Assembly: GCA_048268245.1 (NCBI GenBank) | Contig: JBLWVX010000041.1 | Span: forward strand, 1 to 18,505 | From: Arcobacteraceae bacterium | GTDB taxonomy: Bacteria > Campylobacterota > Campylobacteria > Campylobacterales > Arcobacteraceae | DNA length: 18,505 bases | Direction of reading: 5' to 3' | Part shown: one piece after another, positions 7,732 through 15,898 of the stretch | Position numbering within the stretch: the first letter of the stretch is position 1 | Layout of the letters: every line of letters starts with the position of its first letter | The notes under the pieces: model-generated | Told to the model about the DNA's origin: nothing | Database searches by the model: none | The model's input: the letters and a program-made list of their open reading frames with translations, nothing else | Made by a program: the position numbers and the translations under genes

Positions 7732-9473
7732 TGGCAAAAAAACACTTAGTAATTGACCCAATTACAAGAATTGAAGGACATCTTAGAATTGAGGCAATCA
7801 TAGATGAAAACAATGTTGTAACAGATGCATACTCTTCTTCTACTATGTTTAGAGGAATTGAAGAGATTTTAAAAGGAAGAGACCCAAGAGATTGCGGTTT
7901 ACTAGCAATGAGAATTTGTGGTGTATGTACAGGTACTCACTATCAAAGATCTATTGAAGCAGTTGAGCATGCTTTTAATGTTACTATTCCAAAGAATGCA
8001 AGGTTAGTGAGAAACTTAATTCAAGGTGCACTTTATGTACATGATCATATTGTTCACTTTTATCATTTACATGCTCTTGACTGGGTTGATATTACAGAAG
8101 CACTTAAAGCTGACCCTAAAAAAACTGTAGCAGAAGCTCAAAAATGGGCAAAAGTAGCAGGCGATAAACCATGGAATGCAAGTGAAGATAACTATAAAGC
8201 TGTACAAGAAAGAGTTGAAAAGTATATCAAACAAGGAAGATTAGGTATTTTTGGAAATGCTTACTGGGGATCAAAAGGTTTTAAACTTACTCCTGAGCAA
8301 AACTTAATTGGTTTATCTCATTACCTTGATGCTCTAGAAATCCAAAGAGAATTAGGTAAGATGATGGCTATCTTTGGTGGTAAAAATCCTCACCCTCAAT
8401 CATTTGTTGTTGGTGGTGTAACTTGTGTTCAAGATATTAAAAACCCTGCAAGAATTGCTGAGTTTAAACAAATACTAAAAGCTGGAAGAAAGTTCACTAA
8501 GCAAGCATATTTACCAGATGTTTACATGGCTGGAACTATGTATGCTGATGAAGCACTTGAAGGAATTGGTGGAGGTTTAGGAAACTTCATGTCTTATGGT
8601 GATTTCAACATGGATGATTTACCATTCTATGAATCTTCTAAATTATTCCCATCAGGTATTGTAAAAAATAAAGATTTATCTAAAGTATATGAAGTAAATC
8701 AAGAAAAGATTACAGAAGATGTTACTCATGCTTGGTATGAAGGAAATACAAATCTTCACCCATACGATGGTGAAACTAAACCTAACTTTACAGGTTTTGG
8801 TAAAAAAGAAGATAACATCGCTTACTTAGATACTGAAAATAAATACTCTTGGATTAAATCACCATTATATGATGATGAGAGAATGGAAGTAGGACCACTT
8901 GCTAGAATGATTGTAGGTGTTGCAAAAGGTGATGAGAGAATCTCTAAATATGTAACTACTTTCTTAAAAAATGGTAACTTACCAACAAAAGTTTTATTCT
9001 CAACAGTAGGAAGAACAGCAGCAAGAGCTATTGAAACAGAACTTATGTGTGATGTTATGATGGAATGGTGTGATGAATTAGCATCAAATGTTGCTCATGG
9101 AGACTTATCTACATGGACTGAGTTTGACTTTGACTCTGTATCAGGTGACGCACAAGGTTATGGTATGGCTGAAGCTCCAAGAGGAGGATTAGGTCATTGG
9201 GTTAAAATCAAAGATGGAAAAGTTGCAAATTATCAAGCAGTAGTTCCTTCAACTTGGAATGCAGCTCCAAGAGATTATAAAGGTAGACTTGGTGCTTATG
9301 AAGCTTCACTTGTTGGAACAAAAGTAGCAAACCCCGATCAACCATTAGAAATTTTAAGAACTGTTCATAGTTTTGACCCTTGTATTGCTTGTGCTGTGCA
9401 TATTATTGATACAAATGGTAAAGAGTTAGGTGTTTATAAAGTAGATCCAATAGGAGGAACTAGCTGTGCCTAA
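7731..9473 (+). CDS. hydB: Membrane-bound uptake [NiFe]-hydrogenase large subunit (group 1b)
   Basis: DPITRIEGHLRIE, L1 MRICGVCTGTH, HFYHLHALDWVD, GGKNPHP, EAPRGGLGHW, and L2 HSFDPCIACAVH followed by a 23-aa cleavable extension. Confidence 0.97.
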   Translation: MAKKHLVIDPITRIEGHLRIEAIIDENNVVTDAYSSSTMFRGIEEILKGRDPRDCGLLAMRICGVCTGTHYQRSIEAVEHAFNVTIPKNARLVRNLIQGALYVHDHIVHFYHLHALDWVDITEALKADPKKTVAEAQKWAKVAGDKPWNASEDNYKAVQERVEKYIKQGRLGIFGNAYWGSKGFKLTPEQNLIGLSHYLDALEIQRELGKMMAIFGGKNPHPQSFVVGGVTCVQDIKNPARIAEFKQILKAGRKFTKQAYLPDVYMAGTMYADEALEGIGGGLGNFMSYGDFNMDDLPFYESSKLFPSGIVKNKDLSKVYEVNQEKITEDVTHAWYEGNTNLHPYDGETKPNFTGFGKKEDNIAYLDTENKYSWIKSPLYDDERMEVGPLARMIVGVAKGDERISKYVTTFLKNGNLPTKVLFSTVGRTAARAIETELMCDVMMEWCDELASNVAHGDLSTWTEFDFDSVSGDAQGYGMAEAPRGGLGHWVKIKDGKVANYQAVVPSTWNAAPRDYKGRLGAYEASLVGTKVANPDQPLEILRTVHSFDPCIACAVHIIDTNGKELGVYKVDPIGGTSCA

Positions 9474-10179
9474 AATAAAAAAGGTTAAAAGAATGACTGT
9501 AGCCATGCGAATTATACACTGGGTAACAGTGTTAAGCATGATTATTGCAGTTGTAACCGGTCTTTATATAGGTCACCCTTATTACCAAACTTTTATTGCT
9601 GATCCTGCTGTGGATAAGTATGTTATGGCTTGGAATAGATGGGGGCATTTTATTGTTGCAATTATCTTTGATGTAACTGCAGTTTTAGTTGGGTATTTAT
9701 ACTTTTTCTCAAGGTTTGAAAAGCCTTATAAGAAGTTGATTCCAAATAAACAAAACCTTGTAGAGTTTTGGGAAGTTTTTTTAAATTTAATTACTTTAAA
9801 TAGAAGAAAGAAGTTTGATTCAACTTATAGTGATAGTTTTAATACTGTATTCTTTACAGTATTTCACTTATTATTAGTATTTATGTTATTTACAGGTTTA
9901 CAGTTATATGTACACGCACTAGCTTCTGGAACATCTTCAATTGGTGCTTGGTGGCCTGCAATGCTTCACTTAGTTACTGATTGGACACTATATGTATTTG
10001 GTGGAAATATGGGTGTTAGATACGCACACCACTTTAGTATGTATCTAATTATCATGTGGGTTATGTTCCATGTTTATTATCAAGTATGGAGAACAATCTT
10101 CTGGCAAGAAGGAGACATCGCTATTGTAGTTGGTGGTTCTAAATTTGTAAAAGAAGAAGAGGATAAAAAACAGGATTAA
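9466..10179 (+). CDS. hydC: Ni/Fe-hydrogenase b-type cytochrome subunit
   Basis: Hydrophobic helices with candidate heme-ligand His (RIIHW, WGHF, AHHF, MFHVY). GTG start behind AGGAGG, overlapping the hydB end. Confidence 0.95.
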   Translation: MPKIKKVKRMTVAMRIIHWVTVLSMIIAVVTGLYIGHPYYQTFIADPAVDKYVMAWNRWGHFIVAIIFDVTAVLVGYLYFFSRFEKPYKKLIPNKQNLVEFWEVFLNLITLNRRKKFDSTYSDSFNTVFFTVFHLLLVFMLFTGLQLYVHALASGTSSIGAWWPAMLHLVTDWTLYVFGGNMGVRYAHHFSMYLIIMWVMFHVYYQVWRTIFWQEGDIAIVVGGSKFVKEEEDKKQD

Positions 10180-10199
10180 TTCCTGTTTTTATCTTTTTT
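10162..10199 (+). terminator. Terminator or attenuating hairpin overlapping the hydC stop
   Basis: GATAAAAAACAGGA-ttaat-TCCTGTTTTTATC (one bulged A) followed by TTTTTT. Confidence 0.75.
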
Positions 10200-10267
10200 A
10201 TAAGCAGTATATAAATAGTGTTTATAAAAGGGATACACAAAAAAATAGATAACAACGGAGTTATAAA

Positions 10268-10855
10268 ATGAAGAAAAATATAGTTGTTGGTGTAGGAAAT
10301 ATGCTTTTTAAAGATGAGGGTGTTGGTATTTATGCATCTGAGTACTTAAAACAAAACTATGAGTTTGATGGGGATTTAGAGATTATAGATGGTGGAACAT
10401 TAGGTTTTAAACTAATGACATATTTTCAAGAGTATGAAAATGTAATTATTCTTGATACTGTATCTATTGAAGAGAATCCTGGGGAAATATATAGACTTCC
10501 TTCTGATGTACTTTTAGGTATGGGAAACTATAGAAAAACTGCCCATGAAGTAGAAATCGTTGAAATGCTTGAGATTGTATCTGTTTTAGACTCTCATGCT
10601 AATGTTACTATTTTAGGAATTATCCCAGAAGATATAATTTCCGTTGGTATTGGTTTAACTGAAACTATTGAGAATAAATTTGAAGAGTTTATTTTAAATG
10701 CCCTAAAAGAGATAGAATCACTTGGCGTAAAAACTAAAAAAGTAAATAATATAGCCATACCAGATATCGTAAAAAGTATGATTGGTAGTTATAATGGTGA
10801 ACACTTAAGTAGAATTCCAAACGAAGAAGATATAAGACATGCAACTAATATATAA
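10268..10855 (+). CDS. hydD: Hydrogenase maturation endopeptidase (HyaD/HybD family)
   Basis: VGVGNMLFKDEGVG, IIDGGTLG, IILDTV and TAHEV motifs. Located after hydC, with a GGAG RBS. Confidence 0.95.
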   Translation: MKKNIVVGVGNMLFKDEGVGIYASEYLKQNYEFDGDLEIIDGGTLGFKLMTYFQEYENVIILDTVSIEENPGEIYRLPSDVLLGMGNYRKTAHEVEIVEMLEIVSVLDSHANVTILGIIPEDIISVGIGLTETIENKFEEFILNALKEIESLGVKTKKVNNIAIPDIVKSMIGSYNGEHLSRIPNEEDIRHATNI

Positions 10856-12377
10856 AATAGAATTTAATACAACTAACTCATATTTTAAATACATAATAAA
10901 TAAACTAATAAAAGAAGCAAATGTAAATGCCACTTGTAAACAATACAAAGGCTTTATAATCTTAAAACTTGAAGAGAGTGCCCAAAATATTGAGAGTTTT
11001 TTCGCCTTACTTGAAAAAAAGCTTCCTGTTTCGATTTTTTTAGGAAAGTCATATGTAATAGAAGCGTTTGATGAAACAATAGAAGAGTTAGAGTGTAAAG
11101 AAATAAAACAAAATCTTACACTTTTAACAAATGATGCCATTAAAGATATTATAGAAAATAATGATATAGATTTTTTAAATGATATTGTAAAAATCTCAAA
11201 AGGTGGAATCTCAAGATTTGAAACACACAATGGTTTAAAAGACTTGTTTTTACCAAATAAAGCTTTAAGAGAAGAGTTTGAAAGCAAAGGTCATGAAGTA
11301 AAACTTTTAATCACAGACTTAAATAAAATCACAGACTTATTTGATGTAAATGCAAAAGATTTACAACTTTTATGCTCTATTGAAAGACCTTTAGTAAAAC
11401 TAAAGTTTAAACTTTTACAAAACAAAGAAAATGAGTACTCATCTACAAACTTTATTTATGCAAAGATACCAGATGATAAAGAGACAGTTTTATTTGCTCA
11501 GGCTTTAAAACAAAAAGATATTTCTCATATACTTTATGTAAATGATGATGTTTATCAAGATGGACTAAAAGTTACATACTTTAATGATGAGAACCTAATC
11601 ATACATGGAGATAAAGGTCTTTTCCCTAAATTTGACTATCTTGCAAATAAGAAGTTTAACTCTTCAAAAGAGTATTTTGATGAAAATGGTGGAGTTTATA
11701 AAGCAATTCTTGCTCAAAACAATAAAAGACTTGTTCCAAGTGCAGGAGTTTACTTCTCTTCTAACTCAAATAAAAGCTCAGTTTTAATGAACCTTCCAAC
11801 AAAGGGGTTAAAAGAAGTAATAGCAATACCAAATATAATAAACTCTTTTGAAAACTGTTTAGAAGAGATAACAGAGATTGACGAGTTTTGTGAAAGATTA
11901 GTTTCAAACTATAAAAATAAATTCCCAACATATTTTGAAGATATGAGTGTAGATAAAAATGCTCATGGATTTGAATCTATTATAAATATGTGTGCAAAAG
12001 CCTTGGGTATGAAAGGTGGAGCAAAAGAGTTTGAAGATACAGCTTTAAGTATAAATATAAAAAGTGGAATACAAATAGATATGAAACTTGTAAATTTAGA
12101 TGGGGTTAACTATCTAGATTATAGAAGAACTGTTCAATCTATCATGTCATATAAGATGGCAGATGTTGATAATGCTACGTTAGCTTACTCTTTTTATGAA
12201 AGTCTTAGTGAGTTTATCTGTAACTATACAGATGAGGTTGCAAAAGAGATAAAAGCAAAAGATGTAGTAATGAGTGGAGGTATGTTCTCAAACTCTATTT
12301 TACTTTCAAAAACACATAAAAAACTAAGTAAAAACTATAACTTTATTCTTCCTAAAGAGTATCCTTTAGATTACTAA
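10839..12377 (+). CDS. hydE: HydE-type hydrogenase accessory protein (HypF-related)
   Basis: 512 aa, overlapping hydD as in Campylobacterota hydABCDE operons. HypF-like segments LCSIERPLVKL and VVMSGGMFSNSILL. Confidence 0.8.
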   Translation: MQLIYKIEFNTTNSYFKYIINKLIKEANVNATCKQYKGFIILKLEESAQNIESFFALLEKKLPVSIFLGKSYVIEAFDETIEELECKEIKQNLTLLTNDAIKDIIENNDIDFLNDIVKISKGGISRFETHNGLKDLFLPNKALREEFESKGHEVKLLITDLNKITDLFDVNAKDLQLLCSIERPLVKLKFKLLQNKENEYSSTNFIYAKIPDDKETVLFAQALKQKDISHILYVNDDVYQDGLKVTYFNDENLIIHGDKGLFPKFDYLANKKFNSSKEYFDENGGVYKAILAQNNKRLVPSAGVYFSSNSNKSSVLMNLPTKGLKEVIAIPNIINSFENCLEEITEIDEFCERLVSNYKNKFPTYFEDMSVDKNAHGFESIINMCAKALGMKGGAKEFEDTALSINIKSGIQIDMKLVNLDGVNYLDYRRTVQSIMSYKMADVDNATLAYSFYESLSEFICNYTDEVAKEIKAKDVVMSGGMFSNSILLSKTHKKLSKNYNFILPKEYPLDY

Positions 12378-12382
12378 AAAAC

Positions 12383-12410
12383 AATAGCCTAAATATCTTT
12401 TAGGCTATTT
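12383..12410 (+). terminator. Terminator after hydE
   Basis: Perfect 11-bp stem AATAGCCTAAA-tatct-TTTAGGCTATT, 5 bp after the stop. Confidence 0.8.
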
Positions 12411-12483
12411 CACAAATAAGAACTATAAACTTACAAACACTATAAACAATAATCAATTAAAATATATAATTTAACTAGTTAAT

Positions 12484-12585
12484 TTAATAAACATAATTAT
12501 TTAATATCTATAAATAGTTTTACTTTAATAATAAATGAAGTATTTTAGTATTAAAATATAATATTTTTATGTTTATTTAAGTGAA
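12484..12585. repeat. Direct repeat R1 copy a (102 bp, non-coding, internally palindromic, promoter-like)
   Basis: 100/102 identical to 14447-14548. Inverted arms AATAAACATAA (12486-12496) and TTATGTTTATT (12567-12577). TATAAT at 12557-12562. Confidence 0.95.
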
Positions 12586-12586
12586 A

Positions 12587-12594
12587 GGGGGGGG
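12587..12594 (+). repeat. G8 homopolymer tract upstream of orfA
   Basis: GGGGGGGG in very AT-rich DNA. The equivalent position after R1 copy b is G4 (14549-14552). Confidence 0.85.
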
Positions 12595-12627
12595 TAAAAT
12601 TATTTTACTTCAACACAAGGAAATAAA

Positions 12628-13110
12628 ATGAAAAAAATGTTGTTATTAATTGGATTAGTATTTGCAGTAAATGTAAATGCTGTTAGTTATAGTGGTGAAA
12701 ACTATAATATAAATACTAGTATGTGTTATCCATACAAGTGGTCACACTCGACACAGCCATCTTCTGATAGATGTTTTGATATTAGAATGATAGGTACACC
12801 TAATGTAGGTTGGGATCCAAGACCTTATGGTTCTGCAACTTCAACAGTACTTGATCATTCAGGTAGTTATATGGTTGTTGCTGTTGATGTATTTGGTGTT
12901 CCTGCAAGTTTGCCAGAAGTAGAATTTAATTATAACAAATTAACTCCTTATAAATATGATCATATTATTAATTATAATAGCAATCCAGCTATCGTCAATG
13001 GTAAGAGATATTGGTATAAAATAACAATGCCTATTACATCAGGATATTTAAAGGTGAGAAGACCAAACAGTACAGCAATTGATTATGCAGATCAAATCTA
13101 TGTAAAGTAA
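12628..13110 (+). CDS. orfA: secreted protein, possibly DUF4879/YolA-like
   Basis: AAGGA RBS and Sec signal peptide MKKMLLLIGLVFAVNVNA. Segments IGTPNVGWD, STVLDHSGSYMVVAV, VNGKRYW and DQIYVK resemble my recollection of the DUF4879 pattern (not verified). Confidence 0.7.
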   Translation: MKKMLLLIGLVFAVNVNAVSYSGENYNINTSMCYPYKWSHSTQPSSDRCFDIRMIGTPNVGWDPRPYGSATSTVLDHSGSYMVVAVDVFGVPASLPEVEFNYNKLTPYKYDHIINYNSNPAIVNGKRYWYKITMPITSGYLKVRRPNSTAIDYADQIYVK

Positions 13111-13114
13111 AAAG

Positions 13115-13136
13115 AGAGTGAGGATTTCTTCACTCT
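13115..13136 (+). terminator. Hairpin after orfA (weak terminator or mRNA-stabilising stem)
   Basis: AGAGTGAGG-attt-CTTCACTCT stem with one G-U pair and a poor U-tail. Confidence 0.55.
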
Positions 13137-13158
13137 TGAAATATATAAAAGGGCAAAA

Positions 13159-13710
13159 ATGACAGTAAGTACTAGTAATAATTTAAATCATTTGATTCAA
13201 AAAGTTCAATCATCTAATAAAACACAAAATACAAAAGAAAGTTCTATGATTCAAAAAGAAGAGCTTGGGGAAAAAAAAGATTCTGAAAGATATAATTTTT
13301 TAACTGCAAATGGCTGGTTGGATAATTCAATAATTATGAAAGATGAGAAATTGAATGCAGAATTTAGAAATTATGTAGATAATATGAGCGAAGATGAATA
13401 TTTCTCTTTCCTTACTTCAATGGCTTGTGATTTTGCACCAGGATTTGGTAATAATATAAATAATTTGCCTCTTAACGAAGCTCCTTCAAAAAAAGACCCA
13501 AACATTGAATTTTCTTCATTATCAAGTATAAAAAAATACTTTACAGATGAATATAATGAAGTATTAACAAATACTGCTAAATGGGGTGGAGATACAACAA
13601 ATGCGATAAATACAATAACTAATCTTTTAGATTTTTTTAAAAATTATGAATCGCAAGAACAAGAAAACCAATATATTGCATTAGGACAGAGTAGTAAAAA
13701 TGCTTACTAA
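13159..13710 (+). CDS. orfB: hypothetical protein, paralog of 14557-15111
   Basis: 183-aa ORF with AAGGG RBS. Shares RYNFLxxxGWxxNSIIxKDEKL, PSxKDPxxEF, AK(W/Y)GGD and an identical LLDFFKNYESQEQENQYIALGQ tail with its paralog. Confidence 0.85.
   Translation: MTVSTSNNLNHLIQKVQSSNKTQNTKESSMIQKEELGEKKDSERYNFLTANGWLDNSIIMKDEKLNAEFRNYVDNMSEDEYFSFLTSMACDFAPGFGNNINNLPLNEAPSKKDPNIEFSSLSSIKKYFTDEYNEVLTNTAKWGGDTTNAINTITNLLDFFKNYESQEQENQYIALGQSSKNAY
13623..13689 (+). repeat. Direct repeat R2 copy a (67 bp, 3' end of orfB)
   Basis: Identical to 15027-15093; weaker similarity continues for about 33 bp. Confidence 0.95.
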
Positions 13711-14428
13711 TTATTCAAAATATATAATTGTTTGTCTTACATTAGTAGTTATTGGAACTTTTTATGTATTCTCTTATAAAGAAGAAAAAGAAATAAAAAC
13801 TACTAATGTAATAGAAACAAAAATTGCAGAAGTTGAAGTACCTAAAGAAATTCTAATCGAAAGTGTGGTTACTAAACCCAAAATCAAATATACTGAAAAA
13901 GAAAAATCAAAAGTAATTGAAGATAAAAAAACTACAGAAGTAGTGCAAAATATTATTTTAGATGAATTAGAACAAAATGTAATTACCAAAAAAGAAGAAA
14001 CTACACTTTATAAAAATAAAGATGGTTTATATAGTATAACAATGAAAAGTGATGTAAAAATAATTGATACAGCTACAGGAGCATCGTATATTGTACTAAA
14101 TGGAACATTAAATGTAGCAGGTATTCAAGAGAAATTTACAATGTCATTTAATGAATATTATGAAGAGTACCTTGATAATATTTATATAAAAGTTACAAAT
14201 AGTGAAACTAAAGTTACAGCAAAATGTGATGGAACTTTTTTAAGTGGTGTTTCTTCTGAGTATACGTATAATATCGGTCTTGATATTTCTGGAGAATTAC
14301 TATCCTGCTATGTAGTAAATGAAAAAAGAAGAACTAATCCAATAAATGAAATAAAAGGGGAAATTGGTGACACCCTAAAAAAAATTGAGAATCCTGAAAT
14401 AAATGCTTTAAAATTACCAATAAAATAG
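13700..14428 (+). CDS. orfC: hypothetical membrane-anchored protein
   Basis: N-terminal hydrophobic helix YIIVCLTLVVIGTFYVFSY, a K/E/T-rich linker, and a beta-rich C-terminal region with two Cys. Overlaps the orfB end by 11 bp. Confidence 0.8.
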   Translation: MLTNYSKYIIVCLTLVVIGTFYVFSYKEEKEIKTTNVIETKIAEVEVPKEILIESVVTKPKIKYTEKEKSKVIEDKKTTEVVQNIILDELEQNVITKKEETTLYKNKDGLYSITMKSDVKIIDTATGASYIVLNGTLNVAGIQEKFTMSFNEYYEEYLDNIYIKVTNSETKVTAKCDGTFLSGVSSEYTYNIGLDISGELLSCYVVNEKRRTNPINEIKGEIGDTLKKIENPEINALKLPIK

Positions 14429-14446
14429 ACCATTTAAGCAATTTAC

Positions 14447-14548
14447 TTAATAAACATAATTATTTAATATCTATTAATAGTTTTACTTTAATAATAAATG
14501 AAGTATTTTAGTATTAATATATAATATTTTTATGTTTATTTAAGTGAA
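14447..14548. repeat. Direct repeat R1 copy b
   Basis: 100/102 identical to 12484-12585. Runs straight into GGGG-TAAA-ATG of orfB'. Confidence 0.95.
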
Positions 14549-14556
14549 GGGGTAAA

Positions 14557-15111
14557 ATGACTATAAATTCAAACTCTGCAGCTATACATACTTATAACAA
14601 TATATCTTTAAAAAGAAAAATTGTTGAAGAAACGAAAAGCATACAAGATATACAAACTGAAAAAATTGATGATAAAAGTGAAACTGGTATAGACAGATAT
14701 AATTTCTTAGGAATTGAAGGATGGTTTAGTAATTCAATTATAGAAAAAGATGAGAAGTTAAAAGAAAATTTTGAAAGTTATTTAAATGATATGACTAAAG
14801 GAGAATATATCTCAACTATGATTTCTTTTGCACATGATTTTATGCCTCAGCTTGTTCAAAATGAAAATGGAGAAGTTATAAATGGACCATCTAGAAAAGA
14901 CCCAGATACTGAGTTTGCATCAATAACAAGTATTATTAACTACTTTCAAAATAGTATCAAAATAGCAGAAGCTAATGTAGCCAAATATGGTGGTGATGGA
15001 AAAGAGTCTCTTGACACATTAAAAGGTCTTTTAGATTTTTTTAAAAATTATGAATCGCAAGAACAAGAAAACCAATATATTGCATTAGGACAGGGTAATA
15101 AAAATGCCTAA
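14557..15111 (+). CDS. orfB': hypothetical protein, paralog of 13159-13710
   Basis: 184-aa ORF with AAGGGG RBS; shared motifs as listed for orfB. Confidence 0.85.
   Translation: MTINSNSAAIHTYNNISLKRKIVEETKSIQDIQTEKIDDKSETGIDRYNFLGIEGWFSNSIIEKDEKLKENFESYLNDMTKGEYISTMISFAHDFMPQLVQNENGEVINGPSRKDPDTEFASITSIINYFQNSIKIAEANVAKYGGDGKESLDTLKGLLDFFKNYESQEQENQYIALGQGNKNA
15027..15093 (+). repeat. Direct repeat R2 copy b (67 bp, 3' end of orfB')
   Basis: Identical to 13623-13689. Confidence 0.95.
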
Positions 15112-15148
15112 AAGTATTTCAAAATAGAACTAAAAAAAGGAGTTTATA

Positions 15149-15898
15149 ATGCAAGTAACAAATAATACATATACAAACTATTACAATCAAACAAATAACA
15201 CAACAAAAGTAGAAAAAACAGAAGAAAGCTCTTTTGCTTCAATGTTGACAGGTTCACAAAAAGAAGAGGAAGTTGGTAGATATGTAAAATATATGGATCA
15301 ATTTAATTATTTTGATTCTTTATCAGATGAAGATAGAAAAGTCTTTAGAGAAATACTAAAAGATGATAAGATAACAATGGCTGAGATGGATAGTTTGAGT
15401 TATGAGCAAGCAGTAAGATTTGAGAAAGTAGCTTTTCCTCAAGGAAATTTTTCTAAAGAACAACTTAATAATACTCCTATTGTGAACATACCAAATCAAG
15501 GAGTTCATATGTTATTTGCTACAAGAACAACAAATGATAAAACTTTTAATGAAGCTTTATATAGAACAGCAAGAGAAATAGATGACGACTCATACAGAAG
15601 GACTATTTTTAGAGAAGTAAAAACAAATGTAACACAAGTGCATTTTGGAGATCCTCTAATTGAATCATTTAACGTAATAGCATATGAAAATGCAAAAAAT
15701 CTTTGGAAAGAAGATATTGATAAGATGAATATAAACTTTGATAAATTCTTGACAGATGTAATTACATTACATGAAAAGGCACTAGCAAATCCTAAAACAC
15801 ATCCTGCGGTTATAGACCAACACCAAGAAAAACTTGATGGATATAATATAATCTTGAAACATTACAATGACATAAAAAAAGAATCAATTTATGCCTAA
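15149..15898 (+). CDS. orfD: hypothetical protein with an N/T-rich low-complexity N-terminus
   Basis: 249-aa ORF with strong AAGGAG RBS. No signal peptide or TM helix; no family recognised. Confidence 0.85.
   Translation: MQVTNNTYTNYYNQTNNTTKVEKTEESSFASMLTGSQKEEEVGRYVKYMDQFNYFDSLSDEDRKVFREILKDDKITMAEMDSLSYEQAVRFEKVAFPQGNFSKEQLNNTPIVNIPNQGVHMLFATRTTNDKTFNEALYRTAREIDDDSYRRTIFREVKTNVTQVHFGDPLIESFNVIAYENAKNLWKEDIDKMNINFDKFLTDVITLHEKALANPKTHPAVIDQHQEKLDGYNIILKHYNDIKKESIYA

Noticed and set aside
4872..9473. [NiFeSe] hydrogenase or selenocysteine recoding
   Set aside because: Both L2 motifs use Cys codons and the frames contain no internal TGA.
12484..12585. R1 as an integron attC site or a dif/pdif site (TTATGTTTATT resembles the XerD arm TTATGTTAAAT)
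   Set aside because: Ends do not fit RYYYAAC/GTTRRRY, the spacer is 5 bp rather than 6, there is no XerC-like arm or recombinase in the window, and Campylobacterota generally use XerH/difH.
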